DNA of 64,000 bases from the NCBI RefSeq assembly GCF_009914755.1, contig NC_060926.1. One strand, given 5' to 3'. Source of the stretch: the human T2T-CHM13v2.0 reference genome, Homo sapiens. Positions 55,960 through 64,000 of this stretch are shown here, in pieces; position 1 is the first letter of the stretch; each line of letters opens with the position of its first letter. The notes under the pieces are model-generated. The model searched no databases and was not told the DNA's origin. It was given only the letters and a program-made list of their open reading frames with translations. A program made the translations under genes and the position numbers.

Positions 55960-57490
55960 TCACTTATTGATTGTATAGCTATTTATTGAGTTCCAACTAT
56001 GGGTTGGGCTCTGTTTCTATTTCTGGGGTGGGAAAGCTGTCAAAAAAAACCCTGCATCATGAAGCTTCTATTCTAGTAAGACACTGGGGAGACCAACAAT
56101 ATACAAGATAAATAATAAAACACGTAGAATGTTAGCTATTAAGTGTTAGTATAAGAATATTTAAAGCAAAGAGGAGAAGTGGCTATGTAGTGAAGGGAGG
56201 AGGGGTGAAATCATAGTGTCCCTGGCCAGAGAAGGATGCACTAAGAAGGTGTGAATGAAGGGTCGAAGGAAGTCAGGGAGGGAGCCATGCAAATACCTTC
56301 GGGAACAGAAGGAACAGAATGTGCACAGACACAAAGCAGGGGTGTGTCGCGTGTTCAGGGCATAGTGCATAGGGCAGTTGGCTTGAACAGAAGGAATGGG
56401 GAAGAGAAGTAAGAGATGAGTCAGTATGACAGGGTCACTCACAGCCTCGCACGTCATGAGGACTTTGGTCTGGACGGAGTGAGCTGGAGGCCAGGGGGGA
56501 GTTTTGCTCAGAGGAATGACATGATCTGATTGTAACAGGATCCCTGTGGCTGACTTAACTGACAAAACTGATATTAATTTTACTGATGTTGACAGAAGGC
56601 TATAGCAATGCAGAGGGGAGAGGGCAGGGGAGCTAGATCTGATGCAGGAGGATCATTAAAAGGCTATTGTGGGGAGCTGGGAGAAGCTGATAGGGGCTTG
56701 GAGCAGGGTGGGTTAGTATAGGGGGGAGAATGTGACCTGATTCTCAAGCCAACCAACATAATCTGCTAGGTAGTTTCATGTGGGGTGTAAGAAGTAGAGA
56801 GGAATGAACGTTCGCTCCAAACTTAAGCAATTGGAAGAATTCACTGAAATTGGAGACAGATGTGAAGAACAGGTTTGGTGGAAACATCAGAAGTCTGATT
56901 CAAACATGGTGAGCTTCAGATGCCCACTGAATGTCCGAGAGCAGCAGATGTCAAGGAGAAGCTCAGGTGCACCAGTCTGGAATTCAAGGGGAAGGCCAGG
57001 GCCAGCGAGTATATTTGCCAGTGGTCAGGATATAGATGATATCTAAAGCCAGGAAACAGCATGAGGTCCCGTAGGGGTGAGTGAGGACAGAAAAGAGAGG
57101 GGCTCAGAGGACTGAGCCCTGATGACTCCAACGATGACCAAGGATTACCTTGACTTTCAAGGTCAGAGAGATGAGGAGGAGCCTCAGCTGTGCTTGGGGG
57201 TGGGGTCAGCTGTGGGTACGGGCTGCCCAATCTGAGGAAGGTGGAGAGCATTTCAGGGAAAAAAGAGAGAGGCTCCAGCTGGATCTGAAGCTGATGGGGA
57301 GGTAGAGTATGACGAGGGCCAAAATCCTCCTTTAGATTTGGTGACTGGGATGCCAGTGATTATCTTAGTCAGAATACCTTCAGGGTGTGGCAGAATCAAA
57401 GCTAGGCTGTGGCTTCTGAGATTTCAGGGGCTTTTGGAGGAGGAGGAAATGGAGGTGGTGAACTTGGACAAACATTTAAGAAAGTTTGCT
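55960..57490 (-). mobile_element. L2 LINE fragments
   Basis: atttattgagttccaactatg..., gcagaggaatgacatgatctga-like and ctggaattcaaggggaaggccagggc strings; purine-rich antisense L2 character. Confidence 0.8.
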
Positions 57491-59841
57491 ACAAAAATTA
57501 CAATGATGATGATGGTCGCTCACTAATATCCATCATCTATTCTAAACACTTTACATGCATTGAATCAATGGAAAGCAGCACAAAGAGATAAGGTGGTTTC
57601 CTGACACTAAACCGGGTCCCAGAAAGGTGTGTGCCTTTGGCTGTGGTGTGTGTGCAAATACCTGAAACCACAGAGCAGGTGGACAGGCTGAAGGGAAGGA
57701 GGCAGTGACAGAAGAAGCAACAGACACCGGGAGGAGGGGATGACTGGGAGCCCCAGAGCCTGGATCTATTGGATGGAATTCAGAGCCAGACAGAGGGACT
57801 CACCTGAGTGAAGAAGGAGATGCACGCTCTGTTCCCAAAGGAAGAAGGGAAGAGTGGCGAGAGAAATTTCATTAACTTACTAAGAAGGAGGCCAGGAGGC
57901 CAGGTCATTTGGAGGAGAGAGATGAACAGGGTATGGGAGATACTGAGCAGCCGCAGATGGCCTCATTGGGAATGGAGACCAGGTGGGCTGTGTCTACCAG
58001 AAGTGCCGAGCGGCCCGAGAGCAGGGGGCCCAGGAATGGATGAGCAGAGTATCGGTGCCGAGAAGTCACCAGAGGAAAAAGAAACTGAAGGGAGGAACAT
58101 GAAAGAGGATGGAGTGACGGCCCACAGGATCGGGCTTGGCAAGGACAGAGTTAACCCTGGTGGGAAACATGGAGTTGGGGAGGGCAAGGAAGGGAGGAAG
58201 GATCTGAGGGAGCTCATGGGGGAGTGCAGTGTGTCCAGGGACAAGAAGGAGGCATGGGAAGCCCAGGGTGCATTCATTTCAGGGGTATTTGCTGAGAGGC
58301 CACTGTGCACCGTGCACTCCCTCGGAGCCCTGGGCACATTAGGAGGTGGCATTTAGAGTGGCCTAGGGGGCAAGAGCCGGAGTCACAGAGTAGATGAGAC
58401 TGCCCAGGAGACCATGAGTTAAGAGACAGGAGACTCAAGGGTAGAACTTCAGGGGAAATGTCTCTTCCATGAAAGGGGTGAACAGGAGAAGTTGTGCCAG
58501 AGCCCTAGGGAAGGAGGAAAGCTCCCGACCCCCAACCTCTACCCTACCTGCCATCTGCCCACTTCCATGAGCTCCATGAGTGAGCCCTGAAACACAGGGG
58601 AGGAGAGAGGTTACAGGGTAAGGGGACTGCATCTGACCACCTGACTGAGGAACAGTCTTCCTCTACAGGAAAGTCATTCTCCCCTTCTGAAGGTGCGGCT
58701 TAGAGACGGGAGGACACTTAGGAAGCAGTGAGAAATTGGATATGCAGCCACCAAGCCAGGGCAGCTGAGTCCACCTGGTGGCCGGTGGGTGACATGAAGG
58801 CAGTACTATCATCTGAAGTGATTTCAAGATAGGTTGCAGCAAAGTTATCAAAGATGGTCAGTATTAATGACGGCCATGGAAGCTCCGATTTGTGTAGACT
58901 GGATCTTTTACTAAGTCCTTTCAACATCCTTCACCTCATTTGATTTTCACCATAGCCATGTGAGACTTGACCTCTCAAAGATGGGAAAGTTGAGGCCAAA
59001 AGAAGATTTAACGAACTCGCCCAAAGACACACAGCTGGAATGAAAGTTATTTGAAAGTGACCCTTTGCAATGGGAGCCTGAAGATTGTTTAATTTATTGT
59101 GCACGGTCCTCTTTTTTTATGCTATGTGAAATGTCAAGAATAATTTCCTTGTAATCAACAATGTTCATTTCTTTGTTTCTTTCCCTTTTACTGCCTTTTC
59201 AGAAACTCTGCTGATGTCTTTTGGAAGCGTCTATTCCAATGAGTCTTTTCCAGCTTTCCATTATTGGTGAGGTGTGAGGGAACTAGTCACTCCCCAAAGA
59301 TTACCAGAAAAGTTCATTTTCTAGTTGAGTTGGGAGGTGCACCTCAACCAGGAACATGGAGACTTCCTGCTGGTTTCACATGGAGGCCTCCCGCCTTCTC
59401 GTTTATGCCAGTGGGGCAGTTATTGAGTTGGGTAAAGATGCTCTTACTGGTCATACAGGGTATGTTGAAGAAATGAAAATACAACTTAGATAAGCATTCA
59501 GTTCATTTCAACCAATATTTTCTAGGTGCCTAGAATGGGAGCTGTTTGGACAAAATGGTGCATGGGGATTTAACATTCCCAAGGTCAAACAAGGCCCGGG
59601 TCTCTGGGTAGCAGTCCAGGGACAACCAGCACCACCACAGATGGCTTCCCAGGCAGAGGGGAGCAGCCTTGCACAGATACAATAGTTATGTGCTTTTAGG
59701 GACACACACTCCTTAAAAACTGAAGTATGGAATCTCCAGGAAAATGTACATGCATGAAAACTTCTACATATAATTTGTGGAGTTTTATGACAGTCAGTAT
59801 TCCCTGTACCTCAGACTAAGAAGCCCTTAAGAACCTGGCTC

Positions 59842-60147
<306 letters not shown>

Positions 60148-60864
60148 TGATCTTCTGAACAGACTCAAGGACAAAGCAGATACGTGGCAAATTTCAGCTG
60201 TATATCACAGAGTTCTACGCCCGTTTCTGCAGCCTTTGAAGGAAGGCCATGGCGACGCCTTGTAACATCGGTCTCACCCCCACTTCACCCCACCCCACTC
60301 CTTTCCCTGAAGTAAACCCTCCTCCCTGTCCAAGCCAAGCTCCAGCGCTCACCCATCCTCTGGGCCCTCATGGCATTTTGTTGACACTCCGGTTAAAGCC
60401 TTGCTTCCTTGTCTACCTGGGTCTCTCCCCTAGGAAAATGTGAGTCCCTCGACAGCATAGGAACAACACCTTGTCCCTTGCACTTCCCACTGCCTGGCAG
60501 CCCAGAGATGCTTAGTAAATACCACTTGTGCCAATGGATGCTTAAATGGCTCAGGCACCAATTTTGATTGTTTCGTAATTCTCCAATGTGATTAAAAGTC
60601 ATTTGCTGCTTCAAAACTCAGAGCAAAAGTTATTTTACAAAGGCCTGTTAAAATGACACAGTGGTGCATGGTCTAATGAGTCCTTGCACCCCAATGTGAA
60701 GCACCCCAATGCTCTGAAAGCTTGCTAAAGCTCTTCTTCTGAAAGCCAACTGTGTCCGCTTCTCATGGTAAAGTTTTACACTAGACTTTGGCATAAGGTA
60801 ATTCCATCCTACGGGACCCGAGCCAAGATGTAAGCCCCTGGTTTAAGGTTATATCTCCTTTGTG

Positions 60865-61090
60865 CACTTAAAAATGTGTTAAGAGAATAGATCACATGCT
60901 TAGTGCTCTTAACACAGTAAAAAATGGGGAGACACAAAGAAATTTGTGGAGGCAATAGGTACATTTATTATCTTGATTGTGGTGATGGTCTCAATGGATA
61001 TGAACATATCAAACTCCTCGAACTGTGTACATTAAATAAGTGCAGGTTTGTATATTAATTTTAAAAACAGCTCAATAAAGCTGTTTTTTA
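60865..61090 (+). mobile_element. Old L1 3' UTR end (L1M-type)
   Basis: tatcttgattgtggtgatggt...aactgtgtacattaaat...ctcaataaagctgtt. Confidence 0.75.
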
Positions 61091-61830
61091 AACAGGTATT
61101 TCTTATATAGGCAGGGCCTGGGGTTAATGGAGGCAGGGGCGCTGGGATGTGCTGGGAGGGAGGAGGGAACAGGAAAGGCTGGGAGAACAGGAGGCCCTGA
61201 GAGGACCTAGGGGATTTGAGGGTGAGGGAGGGAGCTGGGGAGCGCGGGGTGCATGGTGAGCCCAGAGTCCATAGTTTAAGGTGCAGAATTTAGACTAGCC
61301 ATTATCAGGTAAAAGTATGTCACAGGTGGTCAAAAAGGTAATAACATCTAAGAAGTAGACATGCTATTCAATAACCAAGTTTTCTGAAGACTTCATCAGG
61401 TATCTTGAAACCCAGGAAAAGGAGGCATGCCAGCCTTCAGCATGGAGGAAAACAAAGTGGCATTTGGGATGTGCTGAAAAGGCGTGGGGACACTCAGGTC
61501 CCCATCTGGGCCAGTCCAGGGAGGGCCCTTTGGGGGGCTGTCCTGGTCAAAACAATACAGCAATCACAAAAGTCAAGCCGGTGCAGGAGGGCACGAGGCT
61601 CAGGGTCCGGAGTGGCTGACCCCTCAGTGGAGCAGGTAGTGCCAGGTACCCAGCCAGGAGATTGTTGCCGCAGGGCTCCCCAGGGGCAGTCAGACACCCA
61701 AGAAGCAGGGCTGGGCTGGCTCAGTGCTTTCTTCAAGGTCCGCTTCGAGGTGATGGAGGCCTGGCAGCAGCCCATGGCCCCAAGCGGGGCTCCCAGGGAA
61801 GTGGCTGCAGGAGCTGGGCAGGGTCCCAGG

Positions 61831-62474
61831 CCCGAAGAGAAGGCCAGCCCTCACCCTGGGCCCACAGAGAAGGCCAGCCCTCACCCTAGGCCACAGAGAA
61901 GGCCAGCCCACACCCTGGGCCCACAGAGAAGGCCAGCCCACACCCTGGGCCCACAGAGAAGGCCAGCCCTCACCCTAGGCCACAGAGAAGGCCAGCCCAC
62001 ACCCTGGGCCCACAGAGAAAGCCAGCCCACACCCTGGGCCCACAGAGAAGGCCAGCCCTCACCCTAGGCCACAGAGAAGGCCAGCCCACACCCTGGGCAC
62101 ACAGAGAAGGCCGGCTCCTCACCCTGGGCCCACAGAGAAGGCCGGCTCCTCATCCTAGGCCCACAGAGAAGGCCGGCTCCTCACCCTAGGCCACAGAGAA
62201 GGCCGGCTCCTCACCCTAGGCCCACAGAGAAGGCCAGCCCTCACCCTAGGCCACAGAGAAGGCCAGCCCTCACCCTGGGCCCACAGAGAAGGCTGGCTCC
62301 TCACCCTAGGCCACAGAGAAGGCCGGCTCCTCACCCTGGGCCCACAGAGAAGGCCAGCCCACACCCTGGGCCCACAGAGAAGGCCAGCCCACACCCTGGG
62401 CCCACAGAGAAGGCCAGCCCTCACCCTAGGCCACAGAGAAGGCCGGCTCCTCACCCTAGGCCCACAGAGATGGC
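61831..62474 (+). repeat. GC-rich minisatellite (VNTR), 29-31 bp unit, ~21 copies
   Basis: Unit (c)ccacagagaaggccagccc(t/a)caccct(g/a)gg with the variant ...ggccggctcctcaccct. Confidence 0.98.
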
Positions 62475-62559
62475 TGCAGTATTGCAGGGAGACCCAAGCA
62501 AAGCCATCCCTGTGGCAGAGATGCTGACATTAACAACAAAGGCAGGAACTGAGACCCAG

Positions 62560-62644
62560 GTGGCACTCACTCATGTGGCACTCATTCCTGTGGCACTCAC
62601 TCCCATGTCACTCACTCATGTGGCATTCACTCATGTGGCACTCT
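62560..62644 (+). repeat. Short ~15 bp tandem repeat (gtggcactcactcat), 5-6 degenerate copies
   Basis: Direct reading. Confidence 0.85.
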
Positions 62645-63169
62645 TGTGAGCCAGGTAGTCTTCTCCATGCTGGGCATATGATGACACATTGAACTCCTAA
62701 CAATCCTGTGAGGGAAGTGCGAATAGCATCAAACCCCTCGCACAGATGAGGAGACTGTAGCAGTGAGAGATGAAGTAACTTGCCAGGCTAGCGTTCGTGG
62801 AGTTGGAATTTAAACTCGAGCAGCGTGGCTCCTGGGCTCATTCTCTTAACCCCTATGCTGTATTTTCTCATGGTATGGGGAAAGAGGAAGGAGGGAGGGA
62901 GTCAAAAGCCAGAGGCTGAGCCTGGGTTTAATTCGCTGGCAGGGCCCCCTCACACACACACCGCCAGCAGGGGAGGTGGCTCTTGTTCCATGTCCTGGCC
63001 CCAGGGCAGCAGTCCCGTGGATGGATTCTGGGCTGGGAAAAGGAGATGCAGGAGTTGCTGGAGGTATGTCTATGACTCTGTAAAGGGATGGTCTGAATTC
63101 CCTCCCAGACAGAGTGAAAGTCTCGCTGTGTGAGTGCCATGGACACAGCATGTGCACCCCTCCAGCCCA

Positions 63170-64000
63170 AGTGGTGTTATTGAAACAAAGGTCAGATCGT
63201 TTCCTATTTAAAAGCTTCTCCTGGCTCCCCATGTCACTCAGAAAGCTTGTTACCATGGCCCAGAGACCCCTCTGACCCCACGTTCTAACTCACCTCCCTC
63301 CACTCCCCTCACTCTGCTCCATCCTGTGGGCCCCCGAGCTCCCAGCTCAGGGCCTTTGCACATGGCGCAGCCCCTTCCTGAAACTCCCCTCCCTTGCAGA
63401 GCTGCATGGCTTACTCCTTTACTCAACACAGGTCTCTCCTCAAATGCCACCTTCTCAGGAGGTGCCTAGGACCAGCCTGTGCCAAGTCACCTTCTCCTTG
63501 CTCTGCTTCCTTTCTCCATGCACCAATGCCATGTGGAGTGCACACACTACATACAACACCTTGAGGGGTCCACACACAACACTGTGTCAGTTATACACAC
63601 AACACCAGGTGGAGTCTACACACAACACTATATGGGGTATACACACAACACCATGTGGGGTCTACACACAACACCAGGTGGAGTCTACACACAACACCAT
63701 GTGGAGTCTACACACAACACCATGTGGAGTCTACACACAACACTATATGGGGTATACACACAACACTGTGTGGGGTCTACACAGAATACCATATATAGTC
63801 TACACACAATACCATGTGGAGTCCACACACAACACTATATGGGGTATACACACAACACCATGTGGGGTCTACACACACCACCATGTGGGGTCTACACATG
63901 ATGCCATGTGAAGTCTACACACAGCACGATGTGGAATCTACACTAACTTGTTTATTTGCTTGCTGTATATCCGCATCCCCCCCACACATCACTAGAACTT
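63170..64000 (+). mobile_element. L2 relic hosting a minisatellite
   Basis: aaaggtcagatc...ctggctccccatgtcactcagaa, ctcagggcctttgcacatggc, ctcaaatgccaccttctcaggagg; resumes after 63945. Confidence 0.75.
63528..63943 (+). repeat. Minisatellite, ~23 bp unit (ccatgtggagtctacacacaaca), ~18 copies
   Basis: Direct reading; variant units tatatggggtatacacacaacac and ccaggtggagtctacacacaaca. Confidence 0.96.

Noticed and set aside
57808-58356. 182 aa ORF
   Set aside because: GTG start, purine-rich L2-like or low-complexity sequence, no recognisable homology.
58358-58375. CTCF site (gtggcctagggggcaag)
   Set aside because: Lacks the conserved CC at the required spacing before AG; weak match.
61405-62067. 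Longest ORF (220 aa) as a CDS
   Set aside because: Non-ATG (TTG) start, no recognisable domain, and the C-terminal third is VNTR translation.
61831-62474. ~30 bp repeats as a CRISPR array
   Set aside because: Units are contiguous with no unique spacers, there are no cas genes, and the DNA is primate.
63444-63911. Repetitive His/Thr-rich ORFs
   Set aside because: Translations of the 23 bp minisatellite.

Overview
Primate (human-like) genomic DNA, read by eye as intergenic or intronic. No protein-coding gene can be supported; the listed ORFs are short or fall in repeats. The window holds about 15 Alu/FLAM SINEs, solo LTRs (LTR8-, LTR9-, MER57-, MER34-like, THE1/MST/MLT), L1 and L2 fragments, MIRs, hAT/mariner relics and two minisatellites at the right end. 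Repeat subfamily names come from remembered consensus sequences and need RepeatMasker/Dfam confirmation. The most notable structures are: (i) a full-length U6 snRNA retrocopy fused to an L1 3' end under one target-site duplication (45.6-46.5 kb); (ii) a ~200 bp, ~90% identical inverted duplication of non-Alu sequence carrying a strong 3' splice site (48.76-49.49 kb); (iii) an Alu flanked by a ~106 bp direct repeat instead of a normal short TSD; (iv) a ~120 bp local duplication with chained palindromes at its junction; (v) a trimeric Alu; and (vi) a nested LTR with SOX-OCT motifs. I found no evidence of a new multi-gene system.
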